Assembly: GCA_963702475.1 (NCBI GenBank)
Contig: CAVPCT010000003.1
Span: forward strand, 512,001 to 576,000
Direction: 5' to 3'
DNA from: an uncultured Thermoleophilia bacterium
GTDB taxonomy: Bacteria > Actinomycetota > Thermoleophilia > UBA2241
DNA: 64,000 nucleotides
Of this stretch, positions 30,868 to 39,266 are shown piece by piece. A program made the position numbers and the translations under genes. How positions within the stretch are numbered: the stretch's first letter is position 1; the number at the start of each line of letters is the position of its first letter. Under the pieces are notes generated by a model, which was not told the DNA's origin, searched no databases, and saw only the letters and a list, made by a program, of their open reading frames with translations.

Positions 30868-31311
30868 TCAGGACCCGTGCCGGCGGTCCGGTCCGTCATG
30901 CGGCGCGCGACTCGTGCGACGATCGGCCACCGATCTGCGAGCCAGGTCCACGCGCTCCTCCGGCACGAGGCAGGCGCGACCGCCGCGCCGGGCGTCGTTC
31001 TGCGCCTGTATGAGGAGCGTCACGAGGTCGTCGTCCGGCCCGAGAAGCCAGAGGCGCTCCTGCAGCACGCCGTCCTGACCCGGGCCGTCCACTTCTCTCC
31101 ACACGTCGCCGTCGTCCAGGAGCAGGTAGCGCACCTCGGCCGGCCGCTGGCGCGGGTCCTCGAGGAGCCACCCGCGCACTTCTCCGCCGGACGCACCGAA
31201 ATCCACCGAGCAGTTGGGGCTGAGACCGGCCAGGCGAAACGTCTTCAGGTGCTTCAGCACGATCTCTTTGAGCTTCGCCCGAGGGTACTTGGGCTGGTAC
31301 GGGTGCTCCAT
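30868..31311 (-). CDS. Hypothetical protein (147 aa)
   Basis: SD AGGAGG before ATG; ends 14 nt before the MMPL gene; C-terminal RR..DRR...DRR tail. Confidence 0.65.
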   Translation of the reverse strand: MEHPYQPKYPRAKLKEIVLKHLKTFRLAGLSPNCSVDFGASGGEVRGWLLEDPRQRPAEVRYLLLDDGDVWREVDGPGQDGVLQERLWLLGPDDDLVTLLIQAQNDARRGGRACLVPEERVDLARRSVADRRTSRAPHDGPDRRHGS

Positions 31312-31567
31312 CGTCCTCCTTCGCGGCGCCGGCGTCTATCGTAACCCGCCGGCCCGAGGCGATGAAGCATCTGGCTCGGCTCCCGCCTCACCCGGCAGAC
31401 TGTCCTCGCGGGAGTTCGAGGACCGGGTCGCGTCTTGGCGTCAATCGGGTACCATAGACCTACGTCAGGTCTCCAGGGGGTACGTTGGAGACCCACAGAG
31501 CAAGCACCGGCGGCCGCCCACGTTCCCATCACCAGCAAGGGCGGCGCTTTCCGGAAGGAGTGGCCTG

Positions 31568-34132
31568 ATGTTCGAACGCTTCACCGAACGCGCCAGGCAG
31601 GTCGTCGTCCTCGCGCAAGAAGAGGCGCGGGCGCTCAAGCACAACTACATCGGCACCGAGCACCTGCTCCTCGGCCTCCTGCGCGAGGAGGAGGGGGTCG
31701 CCGCCCGCGTACTCGACGGCCTCGAGGTGTCGGTGGAGGAGGTGCGGGCCGCCGTCGTGCGCATCGTCGGCTCCGGCGAGGAGTCGCCGCAGGGCCAGAT
31801 CCCGTTCACACCACGGGCCAAGAAGGTCCTCGAACTGGCGCTTCGTGAGGCCCTCAGCCTCGGCCACAACTACATAGGCACCGAGCACATCCTGCTCGGC
31901 CTCGTGCGCGAGGACGAGGGCGTCGCGGCGCGCATCCTGCTCGACCTCGACGCCGAGCCCGAGAAGATCCGCAATGAGGTCATGCGCACGCTCAGCGGTC
32001 CCGGCCGCCGCGGGCAGCAGCAGGGCGGCGCCGAGGGTAAGCGACAGGCGAAGGTCCTGGAGCAGTTCGGGCGCAACCTCACCAAGCTCGCCGAGGACGG
32101 CAAGCTCGATCCCTGCATCGGCCGCGACATCGAGATCGAGCGCGTCATGCAGATCCTCAGCAGGCGCACCAAGAACAACCCCGTGCTCATCGGCGAGCCG
32201 GGCGTCGGCAAGACGGCCATCGTGGAGGGCTTCGCGCAGCGCATCGCCAACCACGAGGTGCCCGAGCTCCTCAAGGGCAAGCAGGTCTACACACTGGACC
32301 TCGCCGCGCTCGTCGCCGGCAGCAAGTACCGCGGCGAGTTCGAGGAGCGCCTCAAGAAGGTGATGAAGGAGATCCGCGACACCGGCGACATCATCATCTT
32401 CATCGACGAGCTCCACAACCTCGTCGGCGCCGGCGCCGCGGAGGGCGCCATCGACGCGGCCAGCATCCTCAAGCCGGCGCTGGCCCGCGGCGAGCTGCAG
32501 ACCATCGGCGCCACGACCATGGACGAGTACCGCAAGTACCTGGAGCGCGACGCCGCGCTGGAGCGCCGCTTCCAGCAGATCAAGGTGGCCGAGCCGTCGG
32601 TCCCGGAGACCGTGGAGATCCTCAAGGGGCTCCGCGACCGCTACGAGGCCCACCACCGCATCCGCATCACCGACGAGGCACTGACATCGGCGGCCGAGCT
32701 GGCCGACCGCTACATCAGCGACCGCTTCCTCCCGGACAAGGCCATCGACCTCATCGACGAGGCCGCCAGCCGCATGCGCATCCGCACCATGACCGCGCCT
32801 CCCAGCTACCGCGAGCTCGAGGAGGAGATCTCCGGTGTGCGCAAGGAGAAAGAGGCGGCGATCGAGGCCCAGGAGTTCGAGAAGGCGGCCAACCTGCGCG
32901 ACAAGGAGCGCAAGCTCAGCCACAAGAAGCTCGAGCTCGAGGACCAGTGGAAGACGAGTGACGAGGGCATGCGCGCCAGCATCGGCGAAGACGAGATCGC
33001 CGAGATCGTCAGCATGTGGACCGGCATCCCGGTGGTCAAGATCACCGAGGCCGAGAGCAAGAAGCTCCTGCGCATGGAAGACGAGCTCCACACGCGGCTC
33101 ATCGGGCAAGACCCGGCGGTGCGCGCCGTCAGCAAGGCCATCCGCCGCAGCCGCGCCGGGCTCAAGGACCCGCGGCGGCCCACGGGCTCGTTCATCTTCC
33201 TGGGTCCCTCCGGCGTCGGCAAGACCGAGCTCGCGCGCACGCTGGCCAACTTCCTCTTCGGCGACGAGGACCACCTCGTGCAGATCGACATGAGCGAGTA
33301 CATGGAGAAGCACTCCGTGTCCCGCCTCGTCGGCTCGCCGCCCGGCTACGTCGGTCACGACGAGGGCGGCCAGCTCACCGAGGTCGTGCGCCGCAAGCCG
33401 TACAGCGTGATCCTGTTCGACGAGATCGAGAAGGCTCACCCGGACGTCTTCAACATCCTCCTCCAGATCCTGGAGGACGGGCGCCTCACCGACTCGCAGG
33501 GCCGCACGGTCGACTTCCGCAACACCATCCTCATCATGACCAGCAACATCGGTGCCGAGATGATCACGCGCGATACGCCGCTGGGTTTCACGCAGACGGC
33601 CAACAAGGGCATGACGTACGAGGACATGAAGAGCCGCATCACCGGCGAGCTCAAGCGCGTGTTCAGGCCCGAGTTCCTCAATCGCGTGGACGAGGTCATC
33701 GTGTTCCACAAGCTGGAGCGCGAGGAGATCGCCCTGATCGTCGACCTGTTCATCGACAGGCTGCGGCACCAGGTGGCCCCGAGCGGCATCACCGTGGAGC
33801 TCACCGACGCCGGCCGCGACCTGCTGGTGGACAAGGGCTTCGACCCCATGCTGGGCGCGCGGCCGCTGCGCCGCGCCATCCAGCGGTACATCGAGGACAA
33901 GCTCAGCGACGCCATGCTCGAGCGGCAGTTCCCGGAGGGGACCATCATCATCGTCGACGCCGCCGAGGACGACACCGTGCTCACCGTCAACGGCGAGCGC
34001 GTGGGAGGGCGCGTCGAGCTGCCCATGGTGGGCCTCGACGAGCCGGTGACGCAGAGCGTCGGGCCGCTCGGCGGCCCGTCCCCTGGCGGTGACGACGGGC
34101 CCGATGCCGGCGGTGCCGCGGCGGGAGCCTGA
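31568..34132 (+). CDS. clpC: ATP-dependent Clp protease ATP-binding subunit ClpC
   Basis: [29 protein letters not shown] repeats, [11 protein letters not shown] coil, [15 protein letters not shown]; SD AAGGAG. Confidence 0.97.
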   Translation: MFERFTERARQVVVLAQEEARALKHNYIGTEHLLLGLLREEEGVAARVLDGLEVSVEEVRAAVVRIVGSGEESPQGQIPFTPRAKKVLELALREALSLGHNYIGTEHILLGLVREDEGVAARILLDLDAEPEKIRNEVMRTLSGPGRRGQQQGGAEGKRQAKVLEQFGRNLTKLAEDGKLDPCIGRDIEIERVMQILSRRTKNNPVLIGEPGVGKTAIVEGFAQRIANHEVPELLKGKQVYTLDLAALVAGSKYRGEFEERLKKVMKEIRDTGDIIIFIDELHNLVGAGAAEGAIDAASILKPALARGELQTIGATTMDEYRKYLERDAALERRFQQIKVAEPSVPETVEILKGLRDRYEAHHRIRITDEALTSAAELADRYISDRFLPDKAIDLIDEAASRMRIRTMTAPPSYRELEEEISGVRKEKEAAIEAQEFEKAANLRDKERKLSHKKLELEDQWKTSDEGMRASIGEDEIAEIVSMWTGIPVVKITEAESKKLLRMEDELHTRLIGQDPAVRAVSKAIRRSRAGLKDPRRPTGSFIFLGPSGVGKTELARTLANFLFGDEDHLVQIDMSEYMEKHSVSRLVGSPPGYVGHDEGGQLTEVVRRKPYSVILFDEIEKAHPDVFNILLQILEDGRLTDSQGRTVDFRNTILIMTSNIGAEMITRDTPLGFTQTANKGMTYEDMKSRITGELKRVFRPEFLNRVDEVIVFHKLEREEIALIVDLFIDRLRHQVAPSGITVELTDAGRDLLVDKGFDPMLGARPLRRAIQRYIEDKLSDAMLERQFPEGTIIIVDAAEDDTVLTVNGERVGGRVELPMVGLDEPVTQSVGPLGGPSPGGDDGPDAGGAAAGA

Positions 34133-34179
34133 GGAGCCGGTGACCGGGCCGGGCACGACCGGCTGCCGGGCCGCCTGAG

Positions 34180-35652
34180 GTGGCCAAAGGGCAGACGGCG
34201 TTCACGTGCCGCGAGTGCGGGCGGCGCGAGGCCAAGTGGCTCGGGCACTGCCCCGACTGCGGCGCCTGGGACTCGTTCGACGAGGAGCGTGTCGCGGCGG
34301 GCGGCGCCGGCTACGCCGGCAGGGCCCGCCGGGCCAAGAAGAGCGACGGGGCCGAAGGAGGCCGGGCCGGAGGGGGCGGCAGCGCCTCGTCCTCCGGCCC
34401 CGGCTCCTTTGGCCCCGTGCGTCTGTCCGAGGTCGTCTCATCGGCGATGGACCGCTTCTCCAGCGGCATCGCCGAGCTCGACCTGGTGCTCGGTGGCGGC
34501 ATCGTCCCGGGCTCGCTCGTGCTGGTCGGCGGCGAGCCCGGCATCGGCAAGTCCACGCTTCTGCTCCAGGCGCTCGACCGCGTGGCCGCCTCCGGGCGCC
34601 GCGTGCTGCTCGTGTGCGGCGAGGAGTCGGCGGCCCAGGTCAAGATGCGCGCCGAGCGCGTCTGCGCCGACCCCGCGCCCATCGAGGTGTTCGCCGAGAC
34701 CGACCTCGACACCGTCGTCGAGGCGGTCGCGGCGGCGAGGCCGGCGTTCGTGGTCGTCGACTCGGTCCAGACGCTCTACTGCGACGCCTTCACGTCGGCG
34801 CCGGGCAGCGTGAGCCAGGTGCGCGAAGCGGCGGGCTGCTTCCTCCGCCTGGCCAAAGACACCGGCGCCGCCGTGTTCCTCGTCGGGCACGTCACCAAAG
34901 AGGGAGCCATCGCCGGGCCGCGCGTGCTGGAGCACGTGGTCGACACCGTGCTTCAGTTCGAGGGCGACCGCACACGCTTCTTCCGCACGCTGCGGGCTGC
35001 CAAGAACCGCTTCGGCTCCACCAACGAGCTGGGCGTGTTCGAGATGACCGGCGCCGGCCTCGCAGGGGTGGCCGACCCTTCGGCCCTGTTCCTCGGCGCC
35101 GGTGGCCCCGCGGCCGGCGCCGCCGTCCACATCGCCGTGGAGGGAAGCCGCTGCTTCGCCGTCGAGGTCCAGGCGCTGGTGCACCGCACGGAACTCGCCA
35201 TGCCGCGACGCGTGGCCGTCGGCTTCGACCGCAACCGCTTGGCGATGATCGTCGCCGTGCTCGGCCGGCACGCCCATCTGCCTTTGTCATCCAGTGACGT
35301 TTTTGTTACAATTGCAGGCGGAATCCGCATCGACGAACCTGCGGCCGACCTCGCCGTTGCCCTCGCCATCGCCTCTGCCGAGCGTGACGTGCCGTTGCCG
35401 CAAGGTGTCGCCGCAATCGGGGAGGTCAGCCTGACGGGCGAGCTGCGCACCTGCAGTCAGTGTGAACGACGTGTCGTCGAGGCCGGCCGTGCCGGCTTCG
35501 ACCGTGTTGTCGTGCCCACTGCCGACGCGCGACGTCTCGGCGGTGTCGCTGCGGGAAGCGCGGACTTGCGCGGGGCTCTTGGTGCTCTCCTCGGCGGAGC
35601 GTCTCCGTCGCGGCAGGGCTCCGGGGCCGGCAACGACCAATTGGGGGTTTGA
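34180..35652 (+). CDS. radA: DNA repair protein RadA/Sms
   Basis: CRECG...KWLGHCPDC zinc finger, GGEPGIGKSTLL, KNRFG, Lon-like C-terminal domain. Confidence 0.96.
   Translation: MAKGQTAFTCRECGRREAKWLGHCPDCGAWDSFDEERVAAGGAGYAGRARRAKKSDGAEGGRAGGGGSASSSGPGSFGPVRLSEVVSSAMDRFSSGIAELDLVLGGGIVPGSLVLVGGEPGIGKSTLLLQALDRVAASGRRVLLVCGEESAAQVKMRAERVCADPAPIEVFAETDLDTVVEAVAAARPAFVVVDSVQTLYCDAFTSAPGSVSQVREAAGCFLRLAKDTGAAVFLVGHVTKEGAIAGPRVLEHVVDTVLQFEGDRTRFFRTLRAAKNRFGSTNELGVFEMTGAGLAGVADPSALFLGAGGPAAGAAVHIAVEGSRCFAVEVQALVHRTELAMPRRVAVGFDRNRLAMIVAVLGRHAHLPLSSSDVFVTIAGGIRIDEPAADLAVALAIASAERDVPLPQGVAAIGEVSLTGELRTCSQCERRVVEAGRAGFDRVVVPTADARRLGGVAAGSADLRGALGALLGGASPSRQGSGAGNDQLGV
35284..35312 (+). promoter_or_regulatory. 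Putative carD promoter embedded in radA
   Basis: TTGTCA-17 nt-TACAAT with extended -10 TG at 35304-35305, in a local AT-rich patch. Confidence 0.7.
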
Positions 35653-35657
35653 GAACG

Positions 35658-36194
35658 TTGTACTCAGTCGGTGACAAGGTCGTGTACCCGCATCACGGCG
35701 CGGGCAAGATCATGAAGATCGAGCAGAAAGAGATCCTCGGCCAGCAGCGTGACTACCTCACGATCCAGATCCTCCACAACGACATGACCGTCATGGTCCC
35801 GGTGGAGAACGCCGACCGGGCCGGCCTGCGCAAGGTGGTAGAGGCCGACGTCGTCGACCAGGTCCTGGAGGTCCTGCGCGGCGACCCCACCAAGATGCCC
35901 AAGAACTGGAGCCGTCGCTACAAGCACAACCGCGACAAGCTCAAGACGGGCGACATCTTCGAGGTCGCCGAGGTCGTGCGCAACCTGGCCATCCGCCACG
36001 CCATCAAAGGCCTGTCGACCGGCGAGAAGCAGATGTTCTCCAAGGCCAAGAAGATCCTTGCCAGCGAGCTCATGTATGCGCGCGACTTCAGCGAGGACGA
36101 GGCCAACGCGTTCCTCGAAGAGGTCCTCGAGAACATCCATGTCGACGGGGCTCCGGTTGTCGACGAGCCGCTCGAGCCGGCCACCGTCGTCTGA
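35658..36194 (+). CDS. carD: CarD family transcription factor
   Basis: Y.VGDKVVYPHHGAG.I, GLR.V, NWSRRYK.N..KL.TG, L.SEL; TTG start (35658 or 35649). Confidence 0.95.
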   Translation: MYSVGDKVVYPHHGAGKIMKIEQKEILGQQRDYLTIQILHNDMTVMVPVENADRAGLRKVVEADVVDQVLEVLRGDPTKMPKNWSRRYKHNRDKLKTGDIFEVAEVVRNLAIRHAIKGLSTGEKQMFSKAKKILASELMYARDFSEDEANAFLEEVLENIHVDGAPVVDEPLEPATVV

Positions 36195-36234
36195 GGCCGG
36201 ACCCCGGCCGAAGAAGGAGCGCAAGCCGCGGGGC

Positions 36235-37287
36235 GTGCTCGCCCCGGCCGTCCGCACGGTGCTCGCCCTGCTCGGCGCTTTGGCTGGTTACCAGTTCGCC
36301 GACCAGATCCTCGTTTCGTCGTTCGCTCCGGACTTCGGCGAGACCGGCAAGATCGTCTGGCTCGTCGTGGCCACCTTCGTTGGTTTCGCCGTCGGCTACG
36401 TGTGCGGCTTCCTGCTCTCGCGCTACGTGCTGCGGGGATTCCGGCACATGGACGAGGTCATGGCCCGGGCCTCGGGCGCCGAGGTCGTGGTGGCCATCGG
36501 CGGCGTCGTCGTGGGACTGGTCATCGCCACCCTCATCAGCATCGCCCTGGTGCGGATCCCCGTGGTGGGACCGTACCTCACCATCCCCATCTATCTGCTG
36601 GCCGGCTACTTCACCGCCTACGTGGCCGCCAAGAAGCACGTCGAGATCCTGCGGCTGCTCGGCCTGCGCGGAGCGTTCGCCGTGCTCCCCGGCCTCACGC
36701 CGTCGAAGCTGCTCGACTCCAGCGCCATCGTGGACGGCCGCATCCTCGACATCGTGAACACCGGCTTCGTCGAGGGGGAGATCCTGGTGCCGCGCTTCGT
36801 CGTCGAGGAGCTCCAGCACCTGGCCGACTCCAGCGACGCGGAGAAGCGCGTGCGCGGGCGCCGCGGGCTGGACTTCGTGAAGCGTCTTCAGAACACGTCC
36901 GGCGCCGTGCGCATCGACGACACCGACTTCTCCGACATCGACGCCGTCGACAGCAAGCTGGTGCGCCTGGCGCGCGATCTCGGCGCCCAGATCGTCACCA
37001 CCGATCACACGCTCAACAAGGTGGCCGAGATCCAGGGGGTCAAGGTGCTCAACGTCAACGACCTCGCCAACTCCGTCAAGCCGGCCGTGCTGCCGGGCGA
37101 GGTCATCGAGGTCAAGATCCTGCGTGAGGGGCGGGAGCAGGACCAGGGTGTCGGCTACCTCGACGACGGCACCATGATCGTCGTCGAGTCGGGGGCGCTG
37201 CTGGTGGGGTCACGCGTCAAGGCCGAGGTGACCAGCGTGCTGCAGAGCCCGTCTGGAAAGATGATCTTCAGTCGCGTGCTGCCGTAG
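36235..37287 (+). CDS. Membrane PIN/TRAM domain protein (YacL-like)
   Basis: Four TM helices, LDSSAIVDGRI, ELQ.LADS.D..KR.RGRRGLD, VD.KL, QGVGYLDDGTMIVVE, VTSVLQ...GKMIF. Confidence 0.92.
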   Translation: MLAPAVRTVLALLGALAGYQFADQILVSSFAPDFGETGKIVWLVVATFVGFAVGYVCGFLLSRYVLRGFRHMDEVMARASGAEVVVAIGGVVVGLVIATLISIALVRIPVVGPYLTIPIYLLAGYFTAYVAAKKHVEILRLLGLRGAFAVLPGLTPSKLLDSSAIVDGRILDIVNTGFVEGEILVPRFVVEELQHLADSSDAEKRVRGRRGLDFVKRLQNTSGAVRIDDTDFSDIDAVDSKLVRLARDLGAQIVTTDHTLNKVAEIQGVKVLNVNDLANSVKPAVLPGEVIEVKILREGREQDQGVGYLDDGTMIVVESGALLVGSRVKAEVTSVLQSPSGKMIFSRVLP

Positions 37288-37320
37288 GCGCACACGCGGC
37301 CCGACCAGGAGGACTGAGTC

Positions 37321-38037
37321 ATGGAGGACCAGCAAGCCGGAGAGCTCTGGGTCATCGTCGCCGCGGCCGGCGAGAGCCGCCGTATGGGCCTGCCTGACGG
37401 CGAGTCCAAGCAGTTCCTGCTGCTGGGCGGCGAACCCATCCTGAATCACTCGGTGCGTCGCCTGCTGGCCATGCCCGAGGTCTCCGGCATCGTGGTCGTC
37501 CTGCATCCTTCCCACACCATCCGCTTCGCCAGCGAGCTGCTCGCCTTCGACGACACCAAACCGCTGCTCATCGCCGAGGGCGGGCGCACGCGCCTCGATT
37601 CGGTGCGTGCCGGCCTGCTCGAGGTGCCCGAGAGCGCTTCCGCGATCGCCGTGCACGACGGCGCCCGCCCGTTGTTCAGCAAGCATGTGTTCGAGCACTG
37701 CCTCGAGGCCCTGCGCGAGGCCGACGGCGCCGTGCCGGCCCTCGAGGTGAGCGACACGCTCAAGCGCGAGGGCTCGCACTGCCTGGTCGAGGCCAGCGTC
37801 GATCGACGCGGCATGTGGGCGGCGCAGACGCCGCAGGTGTTCCGCGCCGCCGCCCTGCGCGACGTGTACCGGCGCGGCCTCGAACCGGACGCGACCGACG
37901 ACGCAGCGCTCCTCGAGAAGGGTGGCTACAAGGTCCGGCTGGTGCCGTCCACGCCGGCCAACGTCAAGATCACCACGCCGGCGGACCTGCCGCTGGCCGG
38001 CGCGCTCCTGTCCTGGGAGGTCGAGGCAGACGTTTAG
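37321..38037 (+). CDS. ispD: 2-C-methyl-D-erythritol 4-phosphate cytidylyltransferase
   Basis: AAAGESRRMG....KQF, GG.TR.DSV..GL, VHDGARP, QTPQ.F, TDDA, NVKITTP.DL. Confidence 0.95.
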   Translation: MEDQQAGELWVIVAAAGESRRMGLPDGESKQFLLLGGEPILNHSVRRLLAMPEVSGIVVVLHPSHTIRFASELLAFDDTKPLLIAEGGRTRLDSVRAGLLEVPESASAIAVHDGARPLFSKHVFEHCLEALREADGAVPALEVSDTLKREGSHCLVEASVDRRGMWAAQTPQVFRAAALRDVYRRGLEPDATDDAALLEKGGYKVRLVPSTPANVKITTPADLPLAGALLSWEVEADV

Positions 38038-38509
38038 GGTCGGCACCGGCTACGACGCCCACCGCTTCGCCGACGGTCGCCGGCTGGTGCTCTGCGGCGT
38101 CGCGATCGAGCACCCCCAGGGCCTCGCCGGGCACTCCGACGCCGACGTCGCAGTGCATGCCCTCATGGACGCGCTCCTCGGCGCGGCCGGCCTGGGCGAC
38201 ATCGGCGAGTCCTTTCCCGACAGCGACGAGGCCTATCTCGGCGTCTCCAGCATGGAGCTCTTGCAGCAGGTCGTCGACCGGCTGGCCAGGGACGGTTGGG
38301 CGGTGCAGAACGTGGACCTGGTCGTGGTCTGCGAGCGGCCGCGTCTTGCGCCCTACCGGCAGGTCATGCGCGAGAGTCTGGCGGCCGTGCTGGACGTGAC
38401 GCCCTCGGCCGTAGGCGTCAAGGGGACGACCAGCGAGGGCATGGGATGGGAAGGCCGTGGCGAAGGCATCTCCGCCACGGCCGTGTGTCTGCTTTCGCGA
38501 GAAGGGTGA
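38030..38509 (+). CDS. ispF: 2-C-methyl-D-erythritol 2,4-cyclodiphosphate synthase (no canonical start; ACG at 38030 or fused to ispD)
   Basis: RVGTGYDAH, GHSDADV..HA..DALLGA.GLGDIG..FPD, KGTTSEGMG..GRGEGI. Confidence 0.93.
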   Translation, partial: TFRVGTGYDAHRFADGRRLVLCGVAIEHPQGLAGHSDADVAVHALMDALLGAAGLGDIGESFPDSDEAYLGVSSMELLQQVVDRLARDGWAVQNVDLVVVCERPRLAPYRQVMRESLAAVLDVTPSAVGVKGTTSEGMGWEGRGEGISATAVCLLSREG

Positions 38510-38530
38510 GACGCCGGACGGCGCCGGCTC

Positions 38531-38740
38531 TCAGGCGTCGGCCGGCTTGTCGCCCTTGGCCGACGCGATCTCCTGCGCTGCCTTCTCGTCGTCGTCGACC
38601 ACTTCTTCGTTGAGGCCCTGCTTGAACCCCTTGATGCTCTGGCCCATCGAGCGCCCGAGCTTGGGCAGGCGCGTGGCGCCGAAGAGCAGCAGGATGACGA
38701 GGACGATGAGGCCGATCTCCAGAGGACCAATATTGGGCAT
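38531..38740 (-). CDS. tatA: Twin-arginine translocase subunit TatA
   Basis: IGPLEI.LI.LV.LLLFG..RLP.LGRSMG..IK.FK; SD AGGAG. Confidence 0.95.
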   Translation of the reverse strand: MPNIGPLEIGLIVLVILLLFGATRLPKLGRSMGQSIKGFKQGLNEEVVDDDEKAAQEIASAKGDKPADA

Positions 38741-38888
38741 GTCACTCTCCTGGGGTGCTCGGCGCCTTTGGTGCTCTCGACGCCGCTGTGGGCGGGATGT
38801 CGCTTGCCGCTGGAGACACTGTAGGGCCTCGCACGGCGGTTAGCAATCCATCCGGGGGCGAGGGGGGCCGCGTAACGGCCTTCAGGGG

Positions 38889-38937
38889 TTTGCGTGGTCG
38901 GCCGGGCGCATATAATAATGCTAAGTTACTTAGTATT
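38889..38937 (+). promoter_or_regulatory. Promoter and AT-rich 10-1-10 inverted repeat (probable Rrf2 operator)
   Basis: TATAAT 38911-38916 followed by AATGCTAAGT-T-ACTTAGTATT (38917-38937, one mismatch). Confidence 0.7.
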
Positions 38938-38960
38938 GATTTAGCGCACGAGGAGGCCAC

Positions 38961-39266
38961 ATGACCGCGCTCAGCCGACCTGACCTGCCGGTCACGACGA
39001 GGCGTCGCTTTCTGTCGCTGACCGGTCTGGCCGCACTCGGGGCCCTCGTCCTCGACGCGTCCAGGAAGGCGGAGCCGGCGTTGGCCGCCGGCGCTCCGCT
39101 ACTCCGTCCCGCTGCAGCCGGGACCAGCGCAGGCCGCTGTGCCCACTGCGGTTCTCCGTCGCACTCGACGCTGAGCCCGGCCTGCGAACAGGGCGCCGCG
39201 CCGAGGCGCGCCCTGCAGAGTGAGGCACGGCGTCGCGCCGCCGGACGCCGGAGGGCGGCGACATGA
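38961..39266 (+). CDS. Small Tat-signal protein with CxxC-x4-H-x6-C motif
   Basis: SD GAGGAGG; TRRRFL plus hydrophobic stretch and ALA site; CAHCGSPSHSTLSPAC; ATGA overlap with next gene. Confidence 0.7.
   Translation: MTALSRPDLPVTTRRRFLSLTGLAALGALVLDASRKAEPALAAGAPLLRPAAAGTSAGRCAHCGSPSHSTLSPACEQGAAPRRALQSEARRRAAGRRRAAT

Noticed and set aside
31435-31500. CtsR/CIRCE/HAIR heat-shock operator upstream of clpC
   Set aside because: The palindrome GGTCTCCA-N10-TGGAGACC matches none of these consensus sequences.
31529-34156. Long antisense ORFs (opposite clpC, lysS, nadB, 61011-63623 and others)
   Set aside because: Mirror frames of well-supported genes, expected at this GC content, with no recognisable motifs.
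39138-39185. c-type cytochrome motif in the small Tat protein
   Set aside because: Sequence is CAHCG, not CxxCH.
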